Shown here one piece after another: positions 7,319 to 16,771 of a stretch of DNA of 57,375 nt. How positions within the stretch are numbered: position 1 is the stretch's first letter; each line of letters starts with the position of its first letter. The notes below the pieces were generated by a model. That model did not search any database. It had not been told where the DNA came from and was given only the letters and a program-made list of their open reading frames with translations. Location: positions 1 through 57,375 of IMG/VR virus record IMGVR_UViG_3300025671_000076. The stretch is one strand, 5' to 3'. A program made the position numbers and the translations under genes. The DNA is from a virus (lineage: Duplodnaviria; Caudoviricetes).

Positions 7319-7823
7319 AACGTTTTGCTCTCTCTCGTTTATGCCTTTTTTCTCTTCGATAATCAATATAATTTTGTTGTCTTTTTATAACATGATCATT
7401 GATATATACGAACCAAGGCATTTCTTGTTTAAAAAATCCTTCGTAAACTGAAATATAACCTTTTATTTCTATATAGGATAATTCATACGGACAACTATCT
7501 CCATTAGCATTTACAGGTGGACTAAATTTTTTAATCCATCGTTTTTCATAATGTTGTCTAATTCTAAAATCTTTATCTTTAACTTGCATGATTCTCATGT
7601 ATGCAAATATAGGACCTATACCTTTAGGTCTTTTACCACTTTTTAAAAAAGCTTTATAATAATGATCCAAAACTCTACATAAAGGATTTATACTTTCACC
7701 AATGTAAAGTAATTTATAGTCCTTATCGAATAAAAAATATAAGCCAGGCAAGTTATGTTTAACAAAATTTACCTGGCTTACAGTATCAGAAAATGGGATT
7801 AGTTTAGATTTATTTACTACCAT
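7311..7823 (-). CDS. GIY-YIG nuclease-like protein
   Basis: PGLYFLF...LLYIGES...RV-x-x-H...E-x-x-WI...P-x-x-N. Confidence 0.75.
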   Translation of the reverse strand: MVVNKSKLIPFSDTVSQVNFVKHNLPGLYFLFDKDYKLLYIGESINPLCRVLDHYYKAFLKSGKRPKGIGPIFAYMRIMQVKDKDFRIRQHYEKRWIKKFSPPVNANGDSCPYELSYIEIKGYISVYEGFFKQEMPWFVYINDHVIKRQQNYIDYRREKRHKRERAKRYD

Positions 7824-8013
7824 TTTTCTTTAGCAATTGAGAAATATATTTTTCAGCAGGGATACCTTTCTTCTTAGCTTGATATCCTGCATAATCTTTT
7901 ACCAGTTTTGAAATCATTCTCGCTGGGTTTCTATCTTTCTCATCGCATAAAGCAGTTAGTAAAGTATGCGTTTCTTTTTTTACTGCAACTGATTTCCATT
8001 TATTTATATCCAT
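7810..8013 (-). CDS. Ribbon-helix-helix-like DNA-binding protein
   Basis: KWKSVAV strand followed by two helices; 67 aa. Confidence 0.65.
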   Translation of the reverse strand: MDINKWKSVAVKKETHTLLTALCDEKDRNPARMISKLVKDYAGYQAKKKGIPAEKYISQLLKKNGSK

Positions 8014-8197
8014 TTTTCTTTAACTCCTCTTTCATTTGTAATTTATTTTTAATTCTTGGATTAGGTAAAACAATATAGAATCTTTCAAAGTAAGGATTGT
8101 TGTCACTAAAATCCCAACCTCTTTTTTTACTTAATCTATGATGCGCTGCGTATTGTCTTTCCTTCCAATCCATTTCGCTTATTTTAATTATGCTCAT
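8000..8197 (-). CDS. Hypothetical protein
   Basis: ORF with GGAG SD, coupled to its neighbours. Confidence 0.7.
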   Translation of the reverse strand: MSIIKISEMDWKERQYAAHHRLSKKRGWDFSDNNPYFERFYIVLPNPRIKNKLQMKEELKKNGYK

Positions 8198-8310
8198 AAA
8201 GTTACTCCAAATATAAATGCAATTAACATACCGATTAATCCTAAAAATAATTTAGGAAAAAACAATACAAACAAAACTATTAAACCTAAAGTTATAGAAT
8301 TACCTACCAT
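8194..8310 (-). CDS. 38-aa hydrophobic membrane peptide
   Basis: Manual translation MVGNSITLGLIVLFVLFFPKLFLGLIGMLIAFIFGVTL; ATGA coupling. Confidence 0.6.
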   Translation of the reverse strand: MVGNSITLGLIVLFVLFFPKLFLGLIGMLIAFIFGVTL

Positions 8311-8584
8311 GATAACTCTTTTCTAGTTCAATATGTACTTCGTGTGGTTCTGGTCTAGAAGTTAACTCATCCATAATTAATTGTTCAGCCATAATCCAAT
8401 TAACTGGGTAAGTAAAATTATTTGGACTACCTACTTTAATTGCAATTAATCTGTCTCTAGCATCGTGCCAAGTTTGATCATTTGGTGTAATAGGCTCACC
8501 ACTTGGTGTAGTTGCATATAATTTAGACAATATTTCATCTATTTCTTTTACAAAAGTAAATAACAATCGACTCTTACTATTCAT
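8300..8584 (-). CDS. Hypothetical protein
   Basis: First ORF after the leftward promoter; AGGA SD. Confidence 0.7.
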   Translation of the reverse strand: MNSKSRLLFTFVKEIDEILSKLYATTPSGEPITPNDQTWHDARDRLIAIKVGSPNNFTYPVNWIMAEQLIMDELTSRPEPHEVHIELEKSYHGR

Positions 8585-8633
8585 ATTTGTTTCCTGTATA
8601 ATTGTTAATATTATAATTAATATTCATCTTATC

Positions 8634-8661
8634 TATATAGATGATAAATAAGATAGGTCAA
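8634..8661 (-). promoter_or_regulatory. Sigma70-like promoter
   Basis: TTGACC-N16-TATATA; TATCTTA next to the -35. Confidence 0.55.
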
Positions 8662-8668
8662 GACATAA

Positions 8669-8881
8669 ATGAAGTTTATTTTAGTTATTCAAATTTGCAG
8701 TGCAATAGTTAGCTCTTGTGGCCAACCTATGTCTAGCCCACCTCAGTTTAATTCTTTTAAAGAATGTGGAATTTTTGGCTATGAGTTAAGTGCAGAATAT
8801 TTAAAAAAAATGGACTCAGAAAAAATAAATTCGGAGCTAATTTATACAAAATTTTGGTGTAAACCAGTTGAGTCTACATAA
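8669..8881 (+). CDS. Small Cys-containing secreted/membrane protein
   Basis: MKFILVIQICS...C...F-x-S-x-x-EC...KFWC pattern. Confidence 0.7.
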   Translation: MKFILVIQICSAIVSSCGQPMSSPPQFNSFKECGIFGYELSAEYLKKMDSEKINSELIYTKFWCKPVEST

Positions 8882-8930
8882 AATCCTTATTTTACAACAC
8901 TTTTTGCACCTCTTGACAAACTTGAAATAG

Positions 8931-8959
8931 TTGCATTCTACGCATATCTTTGATAAGAT
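8931..8959 (+). promoter_or_regulatory. Sigma70-like promoter giving a leaderless transcript
   Basis: TTGCAT-N17-TAAGAT, ATG 6 nt downstream, no SD. Confidence 0.55.
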
Positions 8960-8965
8960 ACTCTT

Positions 8966-9229
8966 ATGAAACTTTATCGTATCCAAGCAAACTATAAAAA
9001 TGTTTATTTGGATCACACGGTGGAAGCCGAAGACGATAAAGCTGCTTTAGAATCTTTTAGTGCGAGTTATGATTTAGGGCAGTTAACCGAAAAAGAAGGT
9101 GCAGGATTTCATAATCCCGATTTTCTTTTTCTAACCTTTGAGGAGGTCAAAAGAGATGCTACAAAAGTTAATCTCGGAGAAACTTCAGTTGGAATCCAAG
9201 TGGGCCAACCAGGCGTTAGAGCAGGGTAG
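8966..9229 (+). CDS. Hypothetical protein
   Basis: ORF directly after a promoter. Confidence 0.7.
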   Translation: MKLYRIQANYKNVYLDHTVEAEDDKAALESFSASYDLGQLTEKEGAGFHNPDFLFLTFEEVKRDATKVNLGETSVGIQVGQPGVRAG

Positions 9230-9341
9230 AGTTACTACCGATATGAAGTGGATCGATATAAAGATCAAAGATCTTAAAGTTAAGATCGCTCAGCAATCTG
9301 TAGAGGATGCTAAAAAAGGTCTTTTCGATATAGCTAGTTAA
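9156..9341 (+). CDS. Small coiled-coil hypothetical protein
   Basis: ATG 9156 after GAGGAGG; overlaps the upstream gene by 74 nt. Confidence 0.7.
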   Translation: MLQKLISEKLQLESKWANQALEQGRVTTDMKWIDIKIKDLKVKIAQQSVEDAKKGLFDIAS

Positions 9342-9367
9342 AAAAGACTAGCATTTTTATTTTTTTC
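9333..9367 (+). terminator. Putative intrinsic terminator
   Basis: GCTAGT/ACTAGC stem followed by a T-rich tract. Confidence 0.45.
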
Positions 9368-9388
9368 ATTGTATATCCTAGGGCATCT

Positions 9389-9607
9389 ATGTCTCTAAAA
9401 AAAGTTAAAGGTGTTCAAATATATTTATCTGTTAAAGATGTAAAAATTATAGAAAAATTACTTGCATCTAAAGCTATGATGTTAGGTAGTTTTAGTAAAT
9501 TAAAAAAAAGTGAAAGAGAGCTTTGGCATATTTTTGATGACATATGTCAGGATTTAAAACTTAACAATTATAAATTTGAAAAGAAAATAGATAAGTCTTT
9601 ACACTAA
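9389..9607 (+). CDS. Hypothetical protein
   Basis: ORF, TAATG-coupled to the next gene. Confidence 0.6.
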   Translation: MSLKKVKGVQIYLSVKDVKIIEKLLASKAMMLGSFSKLKKSERELWHIFDDICQDLKLNNYKFEKKIDKSLH

Positions 9608-9780
9608 TGGCTAAAACAATTGTTATAAATAATTATAAAAAATATTGGATTACAGATACAGCTCAAGGACATTTAATTAAAATATGTCATGGAGAGAATG
9701 ATAAAGTTACTGAAATAGATTTAAGATGGGATTCTAGAAAAAGAGATAAACAAAATAGAGTTATAAATACTAAACCTTAA
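9607..9780 (+). CDS. Hypothetical protein (57 aa, MAKTIVINNYKKYWITDT...)
   Basis: Manual translation; TAATG coupling. Confidence 0.6.
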   Translation: MAKTIVINNYKKYWITDTAQGHLIKICHGENDKVTEIDLRWDSRKRDKQNRVINTKP

Positions 9781-9961
9781 ACACCTGGGCATCATTGTAT
9801 TTGTACCAATGAATTCTACCATTTTTGTATTGTCTAACTTTATCTTCACAAGCATCACATATAAAAATATCTTTTTTTCTTGTTGGAATAAATGTAACAA
9901 ACTCACTACAATGAGGGCATTTACCTAATGCAAGATCGGTTATTTGAATCCTCTTAACCAT
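9770..9961 (-). CDS. Small zinc-ribbon protein
   Basis: CPHC...CDAC. Confidence 0.65.
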   Translation of the reverse strand: MVKRIQITDLALGKCPHCSEFVTFIPTRKKDIFICDACEDKVRQYKNGRIHWYKYNDAQVFKV

Positions 9962-10036
9962 GTAAGATATTTATTATTATTGATAAAGACATCACAACTA
10001 ATAAAATAAAAACCGTATTAAACCAATTATGTCTCA

Positions 10037-11911
10037 TTATGTTGCTTCTCCCCAGTTGTCTCCTAATGCTATATCAACTTTACTAGGTACTTTCAATGGC
10101 ACATCATCTAGACAATGTTCCATTTGATGTTGTATTTCTTTTATATCTTTATCTCCATTAACATTAAAACATAGTTCATCATGTATTTGTAGGAGTGGCC
10201 GGTGGCCGTTGTTATAACAGTCTATCATCGCTTGTTTAGTCTGATCTGCTGCTGATCCTTGGATAAGTCTATTAAGAGCTTTATAGGTCATAGCTCTTTT
10301 AATCATACCTCTATCATATTTAGATTCTGCTTCTTCTCTAGTCATGGATTTATGTATACCAAAAGTTTTAGGTTCCCAACGATCAAATCTACAGTGTCTG
10401 CCTCTAATCGTTACTACACAACCTTTCTTATCTGCAGTAGCCATACATCTATTCGATAACATTTTAACAAAAGGCACTTTCTGGTTATATGCGTTTAAGA
10501 TAGCTTTAGCCTGTTCTGTATCAATTCCTAGTTCAGCTGCTAATTTAGCTTTACCCATACCATAAAACATACCTAAATTAATTGTTTTAGCCTGTGATCT
10601 AGGTATATCAGCCATTTCTGCTACAACCTGGTGAAAGTCTGCATTGTCGTCATTATAGGCCTTTATAAGCTCATAGGAGCCCTCAAAACCACCATCTGTA
10701 GAAGATGCGTAGTGTACCACCAGTCTAGGCTCTTGTTGGCTATAATCGAAACTTCCCCACTGTTTTCCCTCATCAGGTAAAAATAATGACCTAATCTGCT
10801 TACCAAACTCCTTATTTCTAGCTGGAATCTGTTGTAAATTAGGATTACTCATAGATAGTCTGCCGGTGGCCGTCCCTCCTGAGTCTGATTTTAATTGATT
10901 AATTTCTGAATGTATTCTCCCTTTGTGCGTATATCTTAATATCGAATCAATAAAGGTAGAGTGAAACTTATTCATTTCTCTAGTTTCTCTAATGAGTTTA
11001 GCTATCGGGTGAGGACAGTTATGTAACCAGTTCGTAGTAAATGATGGGGCTTTAGTCTTTGCAGTTCTTTCATAAGGAACCTTTAATGCATCAAAAGCTT
11101 TAGCTACACTAGCTGCAGCCCATATCTCTACATCAACATTTGTAAGTTTTTTAATCTCAGCAAGCATTTTGTTTTCTTCTTTTACAAAATCCTTTTTAAG
11201 TTGATCTGCTTTTTCTAAATCAACTCGAATACCATGTTCTCTCATTTCAATTAAAATAGGAGTTAAAGTAGTTTCTAAATTAAATATGTTAGATAAGTTT
11301 TGTTGTTGTATTTCTGTTTTAAATCTATTCCAAAGTTTTAAAGTTAATTCAGCATCTTGCTCAGCATAAGGACCCACATAACCTGCAGGTAATCTCCACA
11401 TATCTTGTTTAGCATCTAGTCCCCATTCTTCTGCTTTTTCTTTTAGTTGCGCTTCTGATTTAACTTCTCCTAAATAATCAAATGACAATGCGTTTAATGA
11501 ATAACTGAATCTATCTTCATTAATTAATGCACCTGCAATCATGGTATCGTAAATTGTTCCTGTTGGTTTAATTCCTAACGATCTTGTCCAACCAATATCG
11601 TATGATGCGTTATGACAAACTTTATCTACACCATTTTCCATTAATTTTTTAAACCATTTGAGTGTAATATTTTTATCCATATTACCTCCAGCTTCATGTC
11701 CAATAGGAAAGTATCCTTTAAAACCATCTGCAGCTACTGCAATACCTACAATCTCTCCATCTTTAGTAGCCCATCCAGGACCTTTAGTTTTAATGTTAGG
11801 ATCTCTTGTTTCTAAGTCGACTGCTATAATAGATCTATCGGATAGATCTGGGTAACTTTCGGGTTTCTTCCAATCCGATTCCGCTTGATTGAATACTAAT
11901 TCTGTTGTCAT
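10037..11911 (-). CDS. polA: Family A DNA polymerase with 3'-5' exonuclease domain
   Basis: ExoI DLET, ExoII HNASYD, ExoIII YAEQDA; TGRLS, motif A DYSQQEPR, motif B KTINLGMFYG, motif C IHDEL. Confidence 0.97.
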   Translation of the reverse strand: MTTELVFNQAESDWKKPESYPDLSDRSIIAVDLETRDPNIKTKGPGWATKDGEIVGIAVAADGFKGYFPIGHEAGGNMDKNITLKWFKKLMENGVDKVCHNASYDIGWTRSLGIKPTGTIYDTMIAGALINEDRFSYSLNALSFDYLGEVKSEAQLKEKAEEWGLDAKQDMWRLPAGYVGPYAEQDAELTLKLWNRFKTEIQQQNLSNIFNLETTLTPILIEMREHGIRVDLEKADQLKKDFVKEENKMLAEIKKLTNVDVEIWAAASVAKAFDALKVPYERTAKTKAPSFTTNWLHNCPHPIAKLIRETREMNKFHSTFIDSILRYTHKGRIHSEINQLKSDSGGTATGRLSMSNPNLQQIPARNKEFGKQIRSLFLPDEGKQWGSFDYSQQEPRLVVHYASSTDGGFEGSYELIKAYNDDNADFHQVVAEMADIPRSQAKTINLGMFYGMGKAKLAAELGIDTEQAKAILNAYNQKVPFVKMLSNRCMATADKKGCVVTIRGRHCRFDRWEPKTFGIHKSMTREEAESKYDRGMIKRAMTYKALNRLIQGSAADQTKQAMIDCYNNGHRPLLQIHDELCFNVNGDKDIKEIQHQMEHCLDDVPLKVPSKVDIALGDNWGEAT

Positions 11912-12026
11912 AAGATTTTATATTTTTTAGGTTGCAGTAACAGTCGCCACAGTAATACTTTTTATCTTCAATTACAACTGCTAATTTGTGTTTACAAAAT
12001 TCACAATTATTTTTTCTTTTTTCCAT
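11835..12026 (-). CDS. Small zinc-finger protein
   Basis: CEFC...YCGDCY. Confidence 0.55.
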   Translation of the reverse strand: MEKRKNNCEFCKHKLAVVIEDKKYYCGDCYCNLKNIKSYDNRISIQSSGIGLEETRKLPRSIR

Positions 12027-12255
12027 CTTTCAATTTAAGTATTTCTAAATCGCAATAATGTTTAATCTTCTCAAGATCTTCTATTCCATTTTTACCTAAA
12101 TATCTACAAACATATTTTATAACATTTCCTTGAAAAAATGAGAGGTTATTTTTTGATATAAATTCATATGGTTGTATATGAAAGTTTTTGTAATGATTTC
12201 CGCCTATCTGTTTATTTTGGGGAAATGCTTCATCAAACATATCTTTATCACTCAT
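12007..12255 (-). CDS. DUF3310 (T7 gp1.7/SaV-like) protein
   Basis: QIGGNHY...IQP...F-x-QGNVIKYVCR...KNG-x-EDLEK-x-x-HY. Confidence 0.9.
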   Translation of the reverse strand: MSDKDMFDEAFPQNKQIGGNHYKNFHIQPYEFISKNNLSFFQGNVIKYVCRYLGKNGIEDLEKIKHYCDLEILKLKDGKKKK

Positions 12256-13855
12256 CTATAGTTCTCCTGTTAAAATTAGATGCAAGACGCCCCAAAGGAA
12301 AAAAATATGTATGGTTAGTAGAGAGTATATGTAGGGATGTCTTAGAACGTGTAATGCCAGTATACCACACTCGCGCTTCAGCCATTTTCTCCTTGTTGGT
12401 TTTTGTTGAAAAATTAGATGGCCAATTAGCTTTCTCATATATTAGTACATTGTCTGCCTCCCCACCTTTAACTGAGTGGATTGTGTCAATTATTATTTTT
12501 GCCTTTTCGTTAAATTGAATATTTCTTTTTAACATACTTTCAAAATAATCCAAGTCTCGAGCAGTAAATTTTCTATTCAAGACCTTCCACCAATCGTTCT
12601 CACTAGTTTCCAAACCACAGTTTTGCTTTAAGTAATCTAGATCTAAAGGTTGATTTGGATGTATGTCAGACCAGGCTTTGTTGTCGATCTTTCTCCATCC
12701 TTTTTTAATTTGCTCAATAAAATCATATAAAATACCTACCTGTTCTTTAGTTATAGTCTCACCTTTTTGTAAGGCAATCCAATAATTTATGGCATTCCAC
12801 TTGTTTATATTGAACGATTTATTACCTCGCATATCTTGGAAGTATAGGCCTCTTTGTCTAGCAGCTTCTTTAAGCTCATCAACATTATCTCCTACTCTAC
12901 CAAGAACAAACCAAGTTCCTTCTAAATCATCAAAAGGAACCTCATTGAATCTACTATATGTTTTAATAGATCCTTCAGATTTATTGGTTGAAGTAAATTC
13001 TTTTGGTTGTCTCTCAGGTATAAATTTTAATATCTCTTTAGAAAAATTAAGTATTGTATCATTTAATCTATAAGATTTATTTAATATAAATACCTTACCT
13101 GGAAAATCTAAAAAACTTCTTACTCTTGCACCGTTCCATTCATATATAGCCTGGTCATCATCTCCAGCTAAATAAACTCTTTTAGCTTGAGCTGCTACTT
13201 TATCTACAAACTTCCATTGTAATGGTGTTAAGTCTTGAGCTTCATCAACTATAAATACTTTGTACGATGGTGGATCTACTTCATTTACATATTTTTCTAC
13301 CATGTCTGTAAAATCCATTTTATTATCTTTTTTAAATTTAATATAGTTTCTAATTATATCTGTAAATTGTTGTAGTCTTACCTTTTTAATAGGTTCTGCT
13401 TTATATAAACTAACAGGATCCACTAACATGTTCCTAGCTTTGTCGTATACTCTTAAGGACCAGTTGTTAAATACTTTTTGATTCGCATCATCTTCACTAA
13501 AGTTTGCATTTATAGTTCCCCAATCAGTATGAAACTTAAGCATATCTATTCTTGGATCTAATACAGGAATCGAAGATAATTCTTTTTTACAAAATGAGTG
13601 TATAGTTCTAAAGTTATTAAAATCATCTTCATCATATTGTTTAAATTTTTTTAAAACTCTATCTACTGCTTCATCAATAGCTTTATTTGTAAATGAAACA
13701 TATACCATTTCAAATGGCTGCACACCTAATCTCAAATGTTTTTCAACTATTTTAATTAATCTAGTAGTCTTACCTGTACCAGGAGGACCAAAGATCTTAA
13801 AAGTTTTGTTGTGTATCTGGGTCAAATGGCGATTGTTCTGTTTTAAATTCGACAT
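12248..13855 (-). CDS. UvrD/RecB-like superfamily 1 helicase
   Basis: GPPGTGKT, SFTNKA, DEAQD, GDDDQAIY, SYR, TIHSVKGGEAD, YTGITR. Confidence 0.95.
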   Translation of the reverse strand: MSNLKQNNRHLTQIHNKTFKIFGPPGTGKTTRLIKIVEKHLRLGVQPFEMVYVSFTNKAIDEAVDRVLKKFKQYDEDDFNNFRTIHSFCKKELSSIPVLDPRIDMLKFHTDWGTINANFSEDDANQKVFNNWSLRVYDKARNMLVDPVSLYKAEPIKKVRLQQFTDIIRNYIKFKKDNKMDFTDMVEKYVNEVDPPSYKVFIVDEAQDLTPLQWKFVDKVAAQAKRVYLAGDDDQAIYEWNGARVRSFLDFPGKVFILNKSYRLNDTILNFSKEILKFIPERQPKEFTSTNKSEGSIKTYSRFNEVPFDDLEGTWFVLGRVGDNVDELKEAARQRGLYFQDMRGNKSFNINKWNAINYWIALQKGETITKEQVGILYDFIEQIKKGWRKIDNKAWSDIHPNQPLDLDYLKQNCGLETSENDWWKVLNRKFTARDLDYFESMLKRNIQFNEKAKIIIDTIHSVKGGEADNVLIYEKANWPSNFSTKTNKEKMAEARVWYTGITRSKTSLHILSTNHTYFFPLGRLASNFNRRTIDE

Positions 13856-15353
13856 TACGTTCCTTAATGTTTTCTTTTTTAGGTTTAGGTATCTTCCACA
13901 ATCGCGCTTTGTAATCTTTATATTGTCTTATGTACTCAGCCCCATTGTCAATTAATAATTCTTTTACCTCAGATGGTTTCATATTGTTGCCATCCTTCTT
14001 TAAAAACTTTTTAAATACTTCTGCTCTAAAAAATAAATGACCATCATCTTGAAACACATAATCTGTTTGTGTTTGTGATATATCATCAGCTAATTGACTG
14101 TCATCTATAAAGTTTCTAAATAGATATTCAAACTCATCTTTGTCATCATCAGTAAAGTCATAACCTTCAACATCTGTTTGAATTGATTTAAGATAATTTA
14201 GCCATAAACCAAAGTCATCTGACTTCATTGTTTTCCATACTATATCTGCATCAAACAATTCTGTTTTTAATAATTGCTGCTGACACAATTGTTGACCAGT
14301 TAATCGAATAGGTTTTTTATCTATTGTTAAAATATATTTAGGTGGTTTAGTGCTAATCTTTTGAAACGAATCAACATTAAATGTATAATTCTTTTTACCA
14401 ATACCTAATTTTCTTTTTACACATGCTGCTTGATCACAAAACTTTTTAGCTATTGGAGAACTACATCTATAATTATAATCCTTATCTCCATTTAAACTTT
14501 TTATTACAGTAACTTTTAATTCTTTAGGATCTATTTGATCTGAACCCCAAGACTTGTTAACTTCATTTAATTCATTTTCCCATGCACCATCTTTACCGTG
14601 TTTCTTTAACATACAAACACCTACATTAAACAAAGCTTCGTTACGTCCTTCTCCAGGCTTAACTGCATTCTTTATAAAGTTTTGTACACATGGTGGATAT
14701 TCTTTAAAATCCTCGTCTTCATCTTCTAACTCTTCTAATTTTATTTTATAAAAATCTTCTGGTTTGACTAAATAAGGTTGTACTGCTTTTTCTAAATCTT
14801 CTATTGCAATGGATTGGCCGGTGTCGTTTATTGCGTGTCGAGTAGTTAATTCTGCATTCTGATAGGGTAAGTTTAACCAATTACCTATTGTACCTAACTC
14901 AACATTTATAGTTCTTTGTTTTGGAAATATTTCACAATCAGCTAAACCTAATCGACTAGCCAACTGAGTTAGCTTATCAATCATATCTGTTGCTGGTACA
15001 ACACCATCGATATGTAAAAATATATGTAGACCTCCAGATTTAGATCTGTAAGGAAACAGTGGTAAATTTAATTCTCTAATTTTTTTTATTATTTTAAGTG
15101 GATCGAAACCATCGTATTCATCAACATCAATACAACCCCACTTGCAGTTGTTATCTTTCATTATAGGTACGATACCTAATGACAATTCTCCTTTTAAGTG
15201 TTTGGCAAATAAATCTAATGTAACATCAGCCTTCTTTGTAAGCGCTCTACCTTCTGCTTTACCATCTGCCCTACGAGCTCCAGTGAGCTCGTAGGTACCG
15301 TATGCTGACGTTAAGCCACCAAAAAGTTTACTAAAAAATTCTAGTGAACTCAT
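13797..15353 (-). CDS. AEP-superfamily primase (primase-polymerase) with C-terminal extension
   Basis: WGCIDVD, RSKSGGLH, EIFPKQ, GNWLNLPY; PPC...GRNEALF PriCT-like region with Cys cluster. Confidence 0.85.
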   Translation of the reverse strand: MSSLEFFSKLFGGLTSAYGTYELTGARRADGKAEGRALTKKADVTLDLFAKHLKGELSLGIVPIMKDNNCKWGCIDVDEYDGFDPLKIIKKIRELNLPLFPYRSKSGGLHIFLHIDGVVPATDMIDKLTQLASRLGLADCEIFPKQRTINVELGTIGNWLNLPYQNAELTTRHAINDTGQSIAIEDLEKAVQPYLVKPEDFYKIKLEELEDEDEDFKEYPPCVQNFIKNAVKPGEGRNEALFNVGVCMLKKHGKDGAWENELNEVNKSWGSDQIDPKELKVTVIKSLNGDKDYNYRCSSPIAKKFCDQAACVKRKLGIGKKNYTFNVDSFQKISTKPPKYILTIDKKPIRLTGQQLCQQQLLKTELFDADIVWKTMKSDDFGLWLNYLKSIQTDVEGYDFTDDDKDEFEYLFRNFIDDSQLADDISQTQTDYVFQDDGHLFFRAEVFKKFLKKDGNNMKPSEVKELLIDNGAEYIRQYKDYKARLWKIPKPKKENIKERNVEFKTEQSPFDPDTQQNF

Positions 15354-16153
15354 TAAAATGGCGCGTCCGCAGTTCCAGTTTCTTGTTTTTGATCTTCAGA
15401 AAGATTTACTTTCGCATTACCTTTTTTACAAGTATCGTAGAATGCCATAGCTGCATCCATAAGAGTCTTGTTAGGTATATCTTTCTCATGTTCGATCTCC
15501 CAACCAAACCAAGAACCTAAACTATTTTTTTCTAGCACAGTTCTTAATTTGTAAATCTGAGACCAGGTAGGTGGTTGAAAGAAACCATTCTTACCTTTTC
15601 TTCTTTGAGAAAGCATCATTGAATTCCACTTCTTAGACTTCTTAGCCTGAGTAGCTTTCATAACAATGACTGCAGTTTCAGATGGTTGATCGTTCTCGTC
15701 TACCATCATCACATAGTGATAATGAGTAGGTTCGATATAATTACCATTTGGCAATCTATCTTTTCGATCATCACCCCTAGTTGTTTTAGACATTATATCC
15801 GAATCAGCAGGATATGAGTTAACAGGTGCAACAGAATTCTGTGTACCTCTGTCTGCCCACTCTACATATTCGAACTTAAAGAAACATGGTACGACACTAA
15901 AACCATCTTGACCATTATATAATTTGTTCAAGACAGAATTTATGACCATACCAGGTCTTGCCTCACTAACATACTTCGAATCACCTTGAGTGACTTGAGG
16001 AGAATTGTTAGTAAGTATTTTTAGGAACGGAAGTGATACATCTTTTGATGTAATGTTTTCCGCACCTGCACCTGCAAATTCTTCTAATGAAGAAAGCATA
16101 GGTGTAGAAGCAGTTTGTTTTTCAACAACTGCATTGGCTTGTGTTTTTGCCAT
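15353..16153 (-). CDS. Single-stranded DNA-binding protein (putative)
   Basis: Located next to the primase; LPFLKIL...YVEW...MKATQ-x-KKSKKWNS pattern; acidic tail ending APF. Confidence 0.7.
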   Translation of the reverse strand: MAKTQANAVVEKQTASTPMLSSLEEFAGAGAENITSKDVSLPFLKILTNNSPQVTQGDSKYVSEARPGMVINSVLNKLYNGQDGFSVVPCFFKFEYVEWADRGTQNSVAPVNSYPADSDIMSKTTRGDDRKDRLPNGNYIEPTHYHYVMMVDENDQPSETAVIVMKATQAKKSKKWNSMMLSQRRKGKNGFFQPPTWSQIYKLRTVLEKNSLGSWFGWEIEHEKDIPNKTLMDAAMAFYDTCKKGNAKVNLSEDQKQETGTADAPF

Positions 16154-16170
16154 GTGTTACTCCTTATGTG

Positions 16171-16713
16171 TTACTTTTTATTTGTTAATTTAGTCCTGTT
16201 AGCGACATACAATCCAAACAATTCAGATGGTATGTTTTTATTCTTCTCAATTTGTTCTCTAACAAATCCTCGAAGAGTTTGCCAATGGACGTCTTGTTTT
16301 TGGTCTACGACCAGACCTTGCTTCTCCAGTGATTCTTTTAGTTTCACTGCATCAGCATCTTCCCCCTTACCAAAAGAGACAGATAAATTATTTTTTATCA
16401 AATCTCCATGATTATTTTCACGCAGCCAACTGAAACATTCTTCTTTGTTAGCTTCAGATATTTTTGCGTAGTAGTAAGGTGAAACTTCTACAGAGGTTCC
16501 ATCATCCAGTGTAATAGATGATACTCCTGCTTGTTGCATTAATGTAGGAATGACCTCTTCTGATAATCGTCTCTGTTCTTCTTCAGCTTCTTTTTTAAGC
16601 TTTTCAAGATCTTCGACTTTTTTATTTTGAGAAGTAAGCTTTTTGCAAGCTTCAGATATTTCTTTTACTTCGTCAGTTTTTATATTTACACTTGTTAGTT
16701 GTTCTAGGTTCAT
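16171..16713 (-). CDS. Conserved replication-module hypothetical protein
   Basis: IP-x-LM...F-x-WLRENNHGDLIKN...VH-x-QTL pattern; true start ATG 16713 after AAAGGAGG. Confidence 0.85.
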   Translation of the reverse strand: MNLEQLTSVNIKTDEVKEISEACKKLTSQNKKVEDLEKLKKEAEEEQRRLSEEVIPTLMQQAGVSSITLDDGTSVEVSPYYYAKISEANKEECFSWLRENNHGDLIKNNLSVSFGKGEDADAVKLKESLEKQGLVVDQKQDVHWQTLRGFVREQIEKNKNIPSELFGLYVANRTKLTNKK

Positions 16714-16733
16714 AAATATGACCTCCTTTGTTG

Positions 16734-16766
16734 TTGACAATATAGTCATGGCTGATAGTATGTCAA
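16734..16766. promoter_or_regulatory. Symmetric overlapping divergent promoter pair
   Basis: TTGACA-N21-TGTCAA: plus strand TTGACA-N16-TAGTAT, minus strand TTGACA-N16-TATATT. Confidence 0.75.
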
Positions 16767-16771
16767 GCATT

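Noticed and set aside
7311-7823. GIY-YIG gene as an intron-encoded homing endonuclease
   Set aside because: It is translationally coupled within an operon, with no interrupted host gene or intron structure visible
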